DNA of 64,000 nucleotides. Source: Thermoanaerobaculia bacterium. Its GTDB lineage: Bacteria > Acidobacteriota > Thermoanaerobaculia > Multivoradales > UBA5704. Under the pieces are notes generated by a model. That model made no database searches. It saw nothing but the letters and a program-made list of their open reading frames with translations, and was not told the DNA's origin. The stretch is taken from assembly GCA_044226625.1 (NCBI GenBank), contig JBGAGQ010000030.1, forward strand, positions 1-64,000, given 5' to 3'. A program made the position numbers and the translations under genes. Each line of letters starts with the position of its first letter. The stretch's first letter is position 1. This document shows, piece after piece, positions 7,713-17,415 of the stretch.

Positions 7713-8303
7713 TCAGAGGAGATAGAGGACCGGAAAGAGGAAGATCCAGACCAGGTCGACGAAGTGCCAGAACAGGCCCGAGTTCTCGACCCGGTTGGTG
7801 AAGTGCTCCGGGTCGGTCTTCCAGAGCTTCGCGCCCGGGCCGAGGAGATAGGCGTTGATCCCCATCCCCCCGATCACGTGGAGGCCGTGGAGGCCGGTGA
7901 GCGTGAAGTAGATCGCGAGGAAGGTGTTGGTGCTCGGGAACAGGTGGTGGTGGAACTTGGTCGAGTACTCGACGTACTTGATGCCGAGGAAGCCGAACCC
8001 GGCGAGCACCGTGAGCGCCTGGAACAGCCGAAACTTGGCGAAGTTGTTCCGTTTGAGCGACGCCCACGCCATGACCATCGTGACCGACGAGGAGATCAGG
8101 ATCACGGTGTTCACCGTCGCGAGCGGCACGTTCAGGATCGAGTCGCCGCGCGGCCAGGCGTCGGAGCCGATGCGCAGCATGATGTAGGAGGCGAACAGCG
8201 CGCCGAACAGCATCACCTCGGAGGCGAGGAACAGCCAGATGCCGATCTTGCCGTTGTTCAGGCCGGTGTCCGGCCGGTCGGCGACGGTGTAGGGAATTTC
8301 CAT
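7713..8303 (-). CDS. coxC: Cytochrome c oxidase subunit III (short form)
   Basis: WLFLASEVMLF, LTGLHGLHV, FWHFVDLVWIFLFP. Confidence 0.93.
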   Translation of the reverse strand: MEIPYTVADRPDTGLNNGKIGIWLFLASEVMLFGALFASYIMLRIGSDAWPRGDSILNVPLATVNTVILISSSVTMVMAWASLKRNNFAKFRLFQALTVLAGFGFLGIKYVEYSTKFHHHLFPSTNTFLAIYFTLTGLHGLHVIGGMGINAYLLGPGAKLWKTDPEHFTNRVENSGLFWHFVDLVWIFLFPVLYLL

Positions 8304-8312
8304 GGCCTCGCC

Positions 8313-10106
8313 TCAGCTCGCCTTCTGTTCCGAGAGGAACTGCGGAGTGAAATCGGTCGGGTGTCCCGGCACGCTGTACTCGTACGGTCCGCGGTACGCC
8401 TCGGGGGGGGTGAGGAAGTTGCCGTGCGGCGGCGGCGACGGTGCCACCCATTCGAGCGTGGTCGCCTGCCATGGGTTCTCGCCGACCTTCTGGCCGTGCT
8501 TGCGGCTCCAGAAGAAGTTGATGATGAAGGGGATCTGGGAAAGCGCGAGGCCCCAGGCCGAGTACGACATGAAGACGTTCCAGTGGGTCACGCCTTTGGC
8601 GAAGTCGTACGAGGCGCCACCGTCATAGAGACGGCGAGAAACACCCGCGAGGCCCTGGATGAACATCGGCATGAAGATGCCGTTGATGAACAGGAATGAA
8701 GGCCAGAAATGCAGCCGGCCGAGCCGCTCGCTCATCATCCGCCCGGTCGCCTTCGGGTACCAGTAGTAGATGCCGGCGAACAGCGCGAAGATCGTCCCCG
8801 GCGCCACCACGTAGTGGAAGTGGCCGATCACGTAGTAGGTGTCGTGGAGCGGGATGTCGGTCGCCGAGAGCCCGAGCGGCAACCCGGTCAGCCCGCCGAT
8901 GCCGAACATCGGCAGGAACGCGAGCGCGAACAGCATCGGCGTCGTGAAGCGGATCGAGCCGCCCCAAAGCGAGATCAGCAGCGAGGTGAGCAGCACCACC
9001 GAGGGGATCGAGATGATCATCGTCGTGGTCTGGAAGAAGGCCGCCATGCTCGTCCCCATGCCGGTGAAGAACATGTGGTGCGCCCAGACGACGAACGACA
9101 TGAAGCCCAGGAACCAGAGGGCGTAGATCATCACCTTGTAGCCCCACAGGGGCTTGCGGATGTTGTTCGCCACGACCTCGGCGACGATGCCGAACGCCGG
9201 CAGGATCAGGACGTAGACCTCCGGGTGCGCCAGGAACCAGAACAGGTGCTGCCAGAGGATCGGGTTGCCGCCGCCGGTGTAGGCGGTGAGCGCCTGCCCC
9301 GAGACCACGAGGCCGCTCGGCATGAAGAAGCTCGACTTCGCCACGCGGTCCATCAGCTGCATGATGCCCGCCGCCTCGAGCGGCGGGAAGGCGAGCAGCA
9401 GGAGGAACGAGGTGACGAGCTGCGCCCAGCAGAAGAAGGGCAGCCGGAAGAACGACAGCCCTTTCGCGCGCAGCTGCACCGTGGTGACGATGAAGTTGAT
9501 CGAGCCGAGGAGCGAGGAGGTGATCAGGAAGATCATCCCGAGCAGCCAGATGGTCTGCCCCTCCCCAGCGATGACCGACAGCGGAGCGTAGGACGTCCAG
9601 CCCGACTGTGCCGCACCGCCCGGAACGAAGAAGCTGCCGAGCATCGTGATGCCGCCCAGGAAGTAGCACCAGTAGCTCGCCATGTTGATCTTCGGAAATG
9701 CCATGTCGGGGGCGCCGATCTGGAGCGGCAACACGAAGTTGCCGAAGCCGCCGACGGCGAGCGGCACGACGCCCAGGAAGACCATGATCGTCCCGTGCAT
9801 CGCGCCGAGCTCGTTGTAGAACTCGGGGAGCATCGAGCCCCCGGGCATCCGCGCTTCGCCGAACAGCTTGCCGATCAGCGGCAGCACCCGGCCGGGAAAG
9901 GCGAGCTGCCAGCGCATCAACATCACCAGGCAGAAGCCGAACAACAAGAACAACAGACCGGTCACGGCATACTGGATGCCGATGACCTTGTGGTCGGTCG
10001 AGAACACGTACTTCCGCCAGAACCCCAGCTCAGGATGCTCGCCGTGGTCGTGCGCGTGATCGTGCGCGGCGCCGGCAGGAGGGTGTGCAAGCTCGGTCGT
10101 TGCCAT
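8313..10106 (-). CDS. coxA: Cytochrome c oxidase subunit I (A-type)
   Basis: TDHKVIG, HGTIM, DMAFP, WFLAHPEVY, WAHHM, HDTYYVIGHFHY. Confidence 0.96.
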   Translation of the reverse strand: MATTELAHPPAGAAHDHAHDHGEHPELGFWRKYVFSTDHKVIGIQYAVTGLLFLLFGFCLVMLMRWQLAFPGRVLPLIGKLFGEARMPGGSMLPEFYNELGAMHGTIMVFLGVVPLAVGGFGNFVLPLQIGAPDMAFPKINMASYWCYFLGGITMLGSFFVPGGAAQSGWTSYAPLSVIAGEGQTIWLLGMIFLITSSLLGSINFIVTTVQLRAKGLSFFRLPFFCWAQLVTSFLLLLAFPPLEAAGIMQLMDRVAKSSFFMPSGLVVSGQALTAYTGGGNPILWQHLFWFLAHPEVYVLILPAFGIVAEVVANNIRKPLWGYKVMIYALWFLGFMSFVVWAHHMFFTGMGTSMAAFFQTTTMIISIPSVVLLTSLLISLWGGSIRFTTPMLFALAFLPMFGIGGLTGLPLGLSATDIPLHDTYYVIGHFHYVVAPGTIFALFAGIYYWYPKATGRMMSERLGRLHFWPSFLFINGIFMPMFIQGLAGVSRRLYDGGASYDFAKGVTHWNVFMSYSAWGLALSQIPFIINFFWSRKHGQKVGENPWQATTLEWVAPSPPPHGNFLTPPEAYRGPYEYSVPGHPTDFTPQFLSEQKAS

Positions 10107-10195
10107 GGCTCTCCCTGGTATGGTGCTACCCGTTGCTCGGGGGCTTCGACGGCGCCCCGGAGGCGCCGGTCGAAGCGGTGGTTACTCGACCTGCG

Positions 10196-10909
10196 CTATT
10201 TGGCCGGAGGGGCGAACGAGAAGTTCGCGGTGGCGGGCTTGGCTCCGACGGTCACCTTGACCGTCTGGGTGCCCAGCTTCTCGTGCCACGCTTCGACGTC
10301 GTAGGTGCCGGCCGGAAGGCCCGAGATCTTGAATTTGCCGTCCGGCCCGGTGACCGCGAAGAACGGGTTCGAGAAAACGCCGACGTAGGCCGACATCCAG
10401 GGGTGGACGTCGCACTTGACCAAGAACATCCCCTCTTCCTTCGGGAACTTCGAGTCCGCCTCGGGGCGGTTGGCGGGCATCGCCATGTTGAACGGCGTAT
10501 TGACCTTCGGCAGCGCGTGCACGTTGTGGAGCAGGCCGTCGCTGTTCTTGAACTTGAGGGTCTGGCCGACGCGGATGCCGAGCACGTGCGGCTTGTACTG
10601 GCAGCCGTCCTGATCGATCTCGGCCGGCTTGGCGGGAGCCGGGTAGCTGCCGGCGACGGGTCCCTTGATCCGCACCAGGACGTTCCCCATGGTGTTGCCC
10701 GCGCCGAGGACCAACGCCTCGTTGGCGACGGGCTTGGCGTGCTTCTTCGCGCAGACCGGGTCGGCGTCCATGGCGATCGGCTTCAGGTTCGGAACCTTGC
10801 CCGTGTAATTGACGGTGCCCGTGACATCCCCCGCGAACACGGGAGCGGCCGCGAGGGCGAGGGTCAGGGCGATGCAGGTGCCGGCCAGTTTGTGCTTCTG
10901 CGTGGTCAT
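10196..10909 (-). CDS. Periplasmic cupredoxin-like protein with carboxypeptidase-regulatory-like domain
   Basis: Signal peptide; LHNVH...KCDVHPWM; C-terminal GKFKISGLPAGTYDVEAWHE. Confidence 0.8.
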   Translation of the reverse strand: MTTQKHKLAGTCIALTLALAAAPVFAGDVTGTVNYTGKVPNLKPIAMDADPVCAKKHAKPVANEALVLGAGNTMGNVLVRIKGPVAGSYPAPAKPAEIDQDGCQYKPHVLGIRVGQTLKFKNSDGLLHNVHALPKVNTPFNMAMPANRPEADSKFPKEEGMFLVKCDVHPWMSAYVGVFSNPFFAVTGPDGKFKISGLPAGTYDVEAWHEKLGTQTVKVTVGAKPATANFSFAPPAK

Positions 10910-10985
10910 GTGTTCCGACTCCTCTAGACGGCAGTAGTTTGGTCTCGAGAGCGCGCCGTCGCGGGTTGAGATCCTAGCGAGATTT

Positions 10986-12218
10986 TCAAACGTTCTCGAA
11001 GGTGATCGATTCGGGCAGGCGCGGATCGCGCAGCGGCACCATCGCCCGGCTGCCGAGCGCCCGGCCGAAAACCGCGAGGAACGCGCCGCAGGCGCCGACG
11101 AACGCGGCGAGATCGAGCCAGGAGAAGCTCATGCCGCCCTCGTGCAGGCTGGGCATCACCAGCCAGTGCAGGTCGAGCGCGTGCATCGCGAGCAGCCAAA
11201 TCGCCGCCGCCGCGAGCGCCTTGCGGTTCCGTTTGATCGTCCGCGGCAGGAGGAAGAAGAACGGCACGACGAAATGCCCGATCGCGAGGACTGCGCTCGC
11301 CGGCCGCCACGAGCCGGCCAGGCGCTGGGCGAAGAATCCCGTCTCCTCCGGCAGATTGGCGTACCAGATCAACAGGAACTGGGAAAACGCCATGTAGGCC
11401 CAGAAGACCATGAAGGCGAACATCAGCTTGCCGACGTCGTGCAGGTGCTCGTCGGACACCACCCGCGCCATCAGCTCGCTCTGACGCTGGGCGACGAGCG
11501 TCATCCAGGCGAAGAACGCCATCACCGCGCCGGCGAAGAAATAGACGCCGAAGATCGTCGAGTACCAGTGGGGATCGAGCGACATCACCCAATCGAACGC
11601 GAAGAACGTGACCGTCAAGGCGAAGAGGATCAGACCCGGGGCGGACAGGCGCCGCATGCGCCGCGTCAGGTCGTGCTCGCCGGTCTCGTCCTGCCGACGC
11701 GACATACCGCCTAGCCGCAGCGCCAGGAAAGACCAGATCGCGAAGTAGGCGACGGTCCGGACGAGAAAGAACGTCTTGTTCAGGTAGGACTGCTTGTGGA
11801 GCAGCAGGGGATCCTTGGCGACCACCTCGGGATGGCTCCAGTGGAAGAGATCGCCCATGCCGAGGACCAGCGGCACGAACAGGATCGCCATCCAGGGCAA
11901 CGTCGCCATGGCGTTCTCGCCGATCCGCCGCACCACGACGCTCCAACCCGCCTGCGTCGAGTGATGGACCATGACGAAGAACAGACCCCCGAGGCCGAGG
12001 CTCGTCGCGAACAGCGCGCCGACGAGCCAGGAGTGCCACACCTGCGGGCGTGCCGCCGGATCCGCCAGGGCGGCCACCAGGCAGGCACCGAGGCCGACGA
12101 CGGCGAGAACCGCCCCGAGCAGCGGCAGGCGCCGCCAGCCGTCTTCTTTGGGCAGCCAGAGGGACGAAGCGAGCAACGAGGCCGGATGCGGATGGGAAGA
12201 GTGCGCGTGATCGGTCAT
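10986..12218 (-). CDS. actF: Alternative complex III membrane subunit ActF
   Basis: AGWSVVVRRIGE, DWVMSLDPHWYSTIFG, HLHDVGKLMFAF, SQFLLIWYANLPEE. Confidence 0.9.
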   Translation of the reverse strand: MTDHAHSSHPHPASLLASSLWLPKEDGWRRLPLLGAVLAVVGLGACLVAALADPAARPQVWHSWLVGALFATSLGLGGLFFVMVHHSTQAGWSVVVRRIGENAMATLPWMAILFVPLVLGMGDLFHWSHPEVVAKDPLLLHKQSYLNKTFFLVRTVAYFAIWSFLALRLGGMSRRQDETGEHDLTRRMRRLSAPGLILFALTVTFFAFDWVMSLDPHWYSTIFGVYFFAGAVMAFFAWMTLVAQRQSELMARVVSDEHLHDVGKLMFAFMVFWAYMAFSQFLLIWYANLPEETGFFAQRLAGSWRPASAVLAIGHFVVPFFFLLPRTIKRNRKALAAAAIWLLAMHALDLHWLVMPSLHEGGMSFSWLDLAAFVGACGAFLAVFGRALGSRAMVPLRDPRLPESITFENV

Positions 12219-12264
12219 GGGCAGCTTTTCGCGGAGCGTTTCGCCTCGATCGGGCCGGATCGGC

Positions 12265-12822
12265 CTAGCTCGAAACCAGCTCGACCTCCTTGGCGCCCAG
12301 CCGGCGAAGCAGCTCCACCGTCCGGTCGGGGTCGAATTTCGGATCCCACGACTCGATCGACAGGAAGAACCCGTCGTCGCTCGACCGTTCGAAGCTCTTC
12401 TTGCCGAACAGCGGATGGTGGAGCGTCGGCAGCTGATTCATGCCGAACATCCCGAAGACCGCGCCCAACGCGCCGCCCAGGACCGAGAGCTCGAACGTGA
12501 CCGGCACGAACGCCGGCCAGCTGAAGAACGGCTTGCCGCTGATCACGAGCGGATAGGCGGTGGTCGACACCCAGCCCTGAAGGCCGATGCCCGCGAGGGC
12601 GCCGCCGAGGGCACCCGCGAGCACGATCCACGGCAGGCGCGAGGGCCGCAAGCCCATTGCCCGATCGAGCCCGTGGACAGGGAACGGCGTGTGGGCGTCC
12701 CACCGGGTGTACCCCGCGTCGCGCACCCCTTCGCAGGCATGGTAGAGATCGGCCGGGTTCTCGAACTCCGCGAGCGCGCCGAAGCGCTCGCCGGGCGGCA
12801 GGCTCGGACGAAGAAAGGCCAT
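12265..12822 (-). CDS. actD: Alternative complex III subunit ActD (DUF3341)
   Basis: DAHTPFPVHGLD, YPLVISGKPFFSWPAFVPVTFE. Confidence 0.92.
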   Translation of the reverse strand: MAFLRPSLPPGERFGALAEFENPADLYHACEGVRDAGYTRWDAHTPFPVHGLDRAMGLRPSRLPWIVLAGALGGALAGIGLQGWVSTTAYPLVISGKPFFSWPAFVPVTFELSVLGGALGAVFGMFGMNQLPTLHHPLFGKKSFERSSDDGFFLSIESWDPKFDPDRTVELLRRLGAKEVELVSS

Positions 12823-14342
12823 TAGGCGGCGCCTCCCGGGGCGAGGCCGAGACGGCCGCCGGCCCCCTCGCGCCCCTTCTCGTCGAACTCGATCTCAGGC
12901 GCCATGGGCGGATGCGCGGCCGCCTCCGGAAGCACCGTCTTCACCTCGGCCGTGGCGACCACCGGCAGGAAGCGCACGAACAGGCAGAACATCATGAAGA
13001 AGAGACCGAAGCTGCCGATCATCGTCGAGACGTCGAAGAACGTCGGCCGGAAGTAGAACCAGGAGGAAGGCAGGAAGTCCCGGTGGAGCGACGTGACGAT
13101 GATCACGAAACGCTCGAACCACATACCGATGTTGACGAAGATCGAGAGGACGAACAGCCACACGAGCGACGAGCGCACCTTCTTGAACCAGAACAGCTGG
13201 GGCGACAGGACGTTGCACGAGACCATCGTCCAGTAGGCCCAGGCGTACGGTCCGAACGCCCGGTTCTTGAACGTGAACAGCTCGTAGGCGCTCCCCGAGA
13301 ACCAGGCGATGAAGAACTCCAGGCCGTAGGCGTAGCCCACCATCATGCCGGTGAGCAGCATGATCTTCGCCATGTAGTCGAAGTGCTTCATCGTGATCAC
13401 GTCCTCGAGCCCGAAGGCCTTGCGCGTGATCACCATCAAGGTCACGACCATCGCGAAGCCCGAAAAGATCGCGCCCGCGACGAAGTAGGGAGGGAAGATC
13501 GTGGTGTGCCAGCCCGGCAGCTGGGAGGTCGCGAAGTCCATCGAAACGATCGAGTGGACCGAGAGCACCAGCGGAGTGGCGAGGCCGGCGAGGATCAGGT
13601 ACGCCTTCTCGTAATGCTGCCAATGGCGCATCGAGCCGCGCCAGCCCATCGCGAGCGCGCCGAAGATCTTCTGCCGCAGGCCCGTCGAGCGGTCGCGGAT
13701 CGTCGCGAGATCGGGCACCAGGCCGACGAACCAGAAGAGCGCCGAAACCGAGCCGTAGATCGACACCGCGAAGACGTCCCACATGAGCGGGCTGCGGAAC
13801 TGCGGCCACATGCCCATCTGGTTCGGGATCGGGAACATCCAGTAGGCGACCCACGGCCGGCCGACGTGGATGCCGGGGAAGATCAGCGCGCACATGACGG
13901 CGAACAGCGTCATCGCTTCGGCCGAGCGGTTGATCGAGGTGCGCCATTTCTGGCGGAACAGGAAGAGGATCGCCGAGATCAGCGTTCCGGCGTGGCCGAT
14001 GCCGACCCAGAAGACGAAGTTGGTGATGTCGAACGCCCAGCCGACCGGGTTGTTCAGACCCCAGACGCCGATCCCTTCCCAGAACAGCCAGGCGATCGAG
14101 ACGCCGAGTAGGCCGACCATCGCGACCGACAGCAGGAAGCAGATCCACCAGCCGCGTGTAGGTTTTCTTTCGAGGGGACGCGCCACCACCTCGGTGATGG
14201 CATGGAAGGTCGGCGCGCCGAGGATCAGGGGAACCCGGTGATCGACCGGATCGGCTTCGATCTGCGCCAGACGAGCCGAGCTTCTGGCCGTCTGGCCCCC
14301 GTGAGACCCGATCGCACCCCTCTCGTTCTGCGTTTCGCTCAT
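12822..14342 (-). CDS. actC: Alternative complex III NrfD/PsrC-type subunit ActC
   Basis: [58 protein letters not shown]; start taken at MSETQ. Confidence 0.93.
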   Translation of the reverse strand: MSETQNERGAIGSHGGQTARSSARLAQIEADPVDHRVPLILGAPTFHAITEVVARPLERKPTRGWWICFLLSVAMVGLLGVSIAWLFWEGIGVWGLNNPVGWAFDITNFVFWVGIGHAGTLISAILFLFRQKWRTSINRSAEAMTLFAVMCALIFPGIHVGRPWVAYWMFPIPNQMGMWPQFRSPLMWDVFAVSIYGSVSALFWFVGLVPDLATIRDRSTGLRQKIFGALAMGWRGSMRHWQHYEKAYLILAGLATPLVLSVHSIVSMDFATSQLPGWHTTIFPPYFVAGAIFSGFAMVVTLMVITRKAFGLEDVITMKHFDYMAKIMLLTGMMVGYAYGLEFFIAWFSGSAYELFTFKNRAFGPYAWAYWTMVSCNVLSPQLFWFKKVRSSLVWLFVLSIFVNIGMWFERFVIIVTSLHRDFLPSSWFYFRPTFFDVSTMIGSFGLFFMMFCLFVRFLPVVATAEVKTVLPEAAAHPPMAPEIEFDEKGREGAGGRLGLAPGGAA

Positions 14343-14450
14343 GCCCGCGCTCTCGCCATGGTGGGCGTAGCCAGATGCACTCGTCAGCGCCCAACGCCGG
14401 CCCACCGGCTCGGCCGGGCTCACACAGTGTTCGTCGAATCCGTTGAGACG

Positions 14451-14461
14451 ATCATGGCACA
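14451..14461 (-). promoter_or_regulatory. Possible extended -10 promoter of the actC operon
   Basis: TGTG-C-CATGAT on the minus strand, next to the MITE-like element. Confidence 0.35.
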
Positions 14462-14478
14462 ACGCGATTCCCCGGTGC

Positions 14479-14660
14479 TAGCCCGAATTTCTCACCGGGT
14501 TTCGTAGCGAGGCGGAAGAGATGCCGGTGAATGCAAGGCGCGCGAAGGGAGGACGACGTAGGCGTATTTGACACTCCGTCGAGGAGTCCGAACGAGCGCA
14601 ACGCAGCAGGCACCGGCAGATTTTCCGCCGCAGCAGAAACCCGGTGAGAAGTTCGGGCTA
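14479..14660. mobile_element. MITE-like hairpin element
   Basis: Terminal IR TAGCCCGAATTTCTCACCGGGTTTC / GAAACCCGGTGAGAAGTTCGGGCTA (one mismatch), TA at both ends, internal self-complementarity, non-coding. Confidence 0.7.
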
Positions 14661-14805
14661 AGCCCGTTTTTTCGCCGACTACGGCGCGCTGCGGCAAAAA
14701 AGTCCCGCGCGGGCACCGCAGAGTGCGCGCCGAGCGCGTTCCGGAGAGGAAACTAACGGAAAGAGGGAGAGGGGCTCGAGCGAATGTCTTTGGAGGGAGA
14801 CCAAC

Positions 14806-14832
14806 AGCGGGCGGAGCCGAGCTCCGCCCGCT
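14806..14832 (-). terminator. GC-rich hairpin after rne (probable terminator)
   Basis: AGCGGGCGGAGC-cga-GCTCCGCCCGCT; weak U-tract. Confidence 0.5.
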
Positions 14833-14855
14833 TCGGGGTGAAGCGAAACGTCCGC

Positions 14856-17225
14856 TCAGTCGATGAAGGTCGGCGGCTCCAAGGGCGGAGGCGCAGGCGC
14901 CTCGTAGGCCGGGGCCGAGGGCGACTCGGCCGCGCGTTCCGCGACCGCTGCGCTCTCCGACCTCTCGGAGCCATCCGCGTCCCCTTCCGCGGATCCCGAG
15001 GTACCGGACGCCGCCGCCGTCCCGTCTCCGCCACCGCGCGCGGCGCTCCGCTTGCGGCCGCCGCGCCGCCGGGAGCGGCGCTTCTTGCGCTCCGCGCCGC
15101 CCGGTTCCACCCCGTCGGCGCGCTCGGCGGCCTCGTCGCCCTCCTCTTCGAATCCGTCGTCGGACGACGCCGCTTCGAAGCTCTCGCCGGGCTCGCTCTC
15201 GGGCTCGCGGGGGGCTCCCGTCTCGACAGCCTGCGCGGCGCCGTTCTTGCCGCGCCGCTTCCGTCCGCCCCGACGTCGACGCTTGGTCCGCGGTGCGGTC
15301 CCCTCCGCCTCGCCGGCCCGAGCGTCCACGCCCTCCCCCTCGTCCACCCCTTCACCCGAGAAGCCCTCGGAGTCGTCGAAGTCGTCGGCGTCCGAGTCCG
15401 CGGCATCGAAGCCGTCGGTCGCAGCGGTCGTGGCATTCGCGGCGGTCGCCTCTTCGGGCTCCTCGCCGAACACCCGGCGCTTCGCCGGATCGACCGGCGG
15501 CTCGGCGTGCGCGCCGCCGTTCTTCTTGCGGTTCTTGCCACCGCGACGGCGCTTCTTCTTTCGCTCGGTCTCCCCTTCCGGCGCACCGGCCGCCCGTTCG
15601 GGAGCCGGAATCGCGAGCTCGCGCGCCTGGATCGCCGGCTGATTCGCCGCCGACCGTTTGCCGTCGCGCCGCGCGGGAGTGGCGCCCACCTCGGGGGCCG
15701 GCTCGAAGGACCGGACCGTCGCCTCGCCGCGATCCGGCAGCACGATCGCGCCGCCGGGACGATCGGTCCAATCGATCTTCTCTTCGGGTCGATGCAGGCT
15801 CGGGCTCGCGATCACCTCGATCGCGATCTGAAACTCCCGTTCGAGCGCGGCGAGCTTCTGGCGCCGGCTGTTCTGGAGCGCGTCGGCGAGCTCCGGATGG
15901 AGCGATACGCGCACGCTCTGGAGTCGTCCGGAGGCGGCGCGCCCCTCGATCCGTCGCAGCAGGTTCAAGGCGACCATCTCGGGGCTCGCAATGCGGCCGG
16001 TGCCGGCGCAGGTCGGACAGGCGCGGTGGGTCCGTAGGCGGAGCGCCTGCGAGATCCGCTGCCGGTTGATCTCGACCAGACCGTTCGGCGAGATCCGTCC
16101 GACGTTGTTCCTCGCCCGGTCGACCTTCATCGCGTCCTTGATCGCCTTCTCGACCTTCTTCTTCGCCTTGATCGAACGCATGTCGATGAAGTCGACGACG
16201 ATTAGGCCGCCCACGTCGCGCAGGCGGAGCTGGCGGGCGACCTCTGCCGCCGCTTCGAGGTTGGTCTGAAGGGCGGTCTCCTCCTGGCTCCCGCCGCGGG
16301 TGGCCTTGCCGGAGTTGACGTCGATCGCGGTGAGCGCCTCGGTCGGGTCGATCACGATCGAGCCGCCCGAAGGGAGCGGCACGCTCCGCTCGTAGATCTT
16401 GTCGATCTGTTCCTCGACGCCGTAGCGGAAGAAGATGGGCGCCCGCTCGGTGTAGCGGACCAGGGTGGTCTTGCTGCGCGGCAGGAACGCCTGCATGTAC
16501 TCGCCCGCGGCGTCGAACGCCGCGTCGTCGTCGACCAACACCTCCTCGATCGAGCTGTCGAGGACGTCGCGGATGGCGCGCAGGATCAGATCCTGGTCGG
16601 AATAGAGAAGCTTGGTCTGGCGGCCGTGGATCGCCTCGCTCTGCACCCGTTTCCACAGGCGCAGGAGCGCCTGGACGTCGCGCGCGAGGACGGTTCGGTT
16701 CTGGTCGAGCGCGTTGGTCCGCACGATCAGGCCGCACCCTTCCGGCACTTCGAGCTTGTGCGCGATCTCGCGCAGCTCGCGGCGCACGTCCTCGTCCTCG
16801 ACCTTGCGCGAGACGCCGCGCATCGAGTCGAACGGGGTGAGCACCAGGTAGCGCCCGGCGAGGGAGAGGTTGGTGGTGAGCGCGGCGCCCTTCTGCCCTT
16901 CCGGGTCGCGGCTCACTTGGACGACGATCGGCTTGCCCTTCTCGAGCACGTCCTCGATCCGCGGCCTGCCGCCCACCGGCTCCCGGTAGTAGGCCTCGGG
17001 GACGACGTCCTGGATCGAGAGGAAACCGTTCCGCTCGGCGCCGTAGTCGATGAAGGCGGCGTTCAGCGAGGGCTGGATGCCCGCGATCACACCGCGGTAG
17101 ATGTTGCCCCGAGTCATCCCGGCGTCGGCGACCTCGACGTGATAGCTCTCGAGGGTCGAGCCGTCGGCCACGGCGATGCGCAGCTCTTCCGGGCTCTGGG
17201 CGTTGATCAGCATTCTTCGGATCAC
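14856..17225 (-). CDS. rne: Ribonuclease E (Rne/Rng family) with long disordered C-terminus
   Basis: MLINA..PEELRIAV, GNIYRG, AAFIDYG, TEALTAIDVNSG, QLRLRDVGGLIVVDFIDM, CPTCAGTG. Confidence 0.93.
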   Translation of the reverse strand: MIRRMLINAQSPEELRIAVADGSTLESYHVEVADAGMTRGNIYRGVIAGIQPSLNAAFIDYGAERNGFLSIQDVVPEAYYREPVGGRPRIEDVLEKGKPIVVQVSRDPEGQKGAALTTNLSLAGRYLVLTPFDSMRGVSRKVEDEDVRRELREIAHKLEVPEGCGLIVRTNALDQNRTVLARDVQALLRLWKRVQSEAIHGRQTKLLYSDQDLILRAIRDVLDSSIEEVLVDDDAAFDAAGEYMQAFLPRSKTTLVRYTERAPIFFRYGVEEQIDKIYERSVPLPSGGSIVIDPTEALTAIDVNSGKATRGGSQEETALQTNLEAAAEVARQLRLRDVGGLIVVDFIDMRSIKAKKKVEKAIKDAMKVDRARNNVGRISPNGLVEINRQRISQALRLRTHRACPTCAGTGRIASPEMVALNLLRRIEGRAASGRLQSVRVSLHPELADALQNSRRQKLAALEREFQIAIEVIASPSLHRPEEKIDWTDRPGGAIVLPDRGEATVRSFEPAPEVGATPARRDGKRSAANQPAIQARELAIPAPERAAGAPEGETERKKKRRRGGKNRKKNGGAHAEPPVDPAKRRVFGEEPEEATAANATTAATDGFDAADSDADDFDDSEGFSGEGVDEGEGVDARAGEAEGTAPRTKRRRRGGRKRRGKNGAAQAVETGAPREPESEPGESFEAASSDDGFEEEGDEAAERADGVEPGGAERKKRRSRRRGGRKRSAARGGGDGTAAASGTSGSAEGDADGSERSESAAVAERAAESPSAPAYEAPAPPPLEPPTFID

Positions 17226-17415
17226 AAGATGGGCTCCGTTTCTCTCGTTTCGAGAGGGAAGGTCGGGGATGGGCGAGACGGGCGGGGGGCTCCGGGTATT
17301 CGCGACAGGCGACGCGAAGGGAGCGGTTCCGGGGACCGTATTCTACCTTGAAGAGGATTTCGACCTAGGATTCGGGTCGCCATCGCCAGACAAGGAGTGC
17401 CCCTCGCGACCTGAA

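Noticed and set aside
10143-10176. Hairpin between the cupredoxin gene and coxA
   Set aside because: No U-tract; probably an mRNA stability element, too generic to call a terminator.
12215-12265. Possible actE remnant: an off-frame ORF ends in an ATGA overlap with the actF start
   Set aside because: The translated end (GPIEAKRSAKSCP) shows no cytochrome c features and no CxxCH; too short to support a pseudogene call.
14343-14478. Possible actB 3' remnant or N-terminal extension of ActC
   Set aside because: No Fe-S or ActB-like sequence recognisable; more consistent with a 5' leader and promoter.
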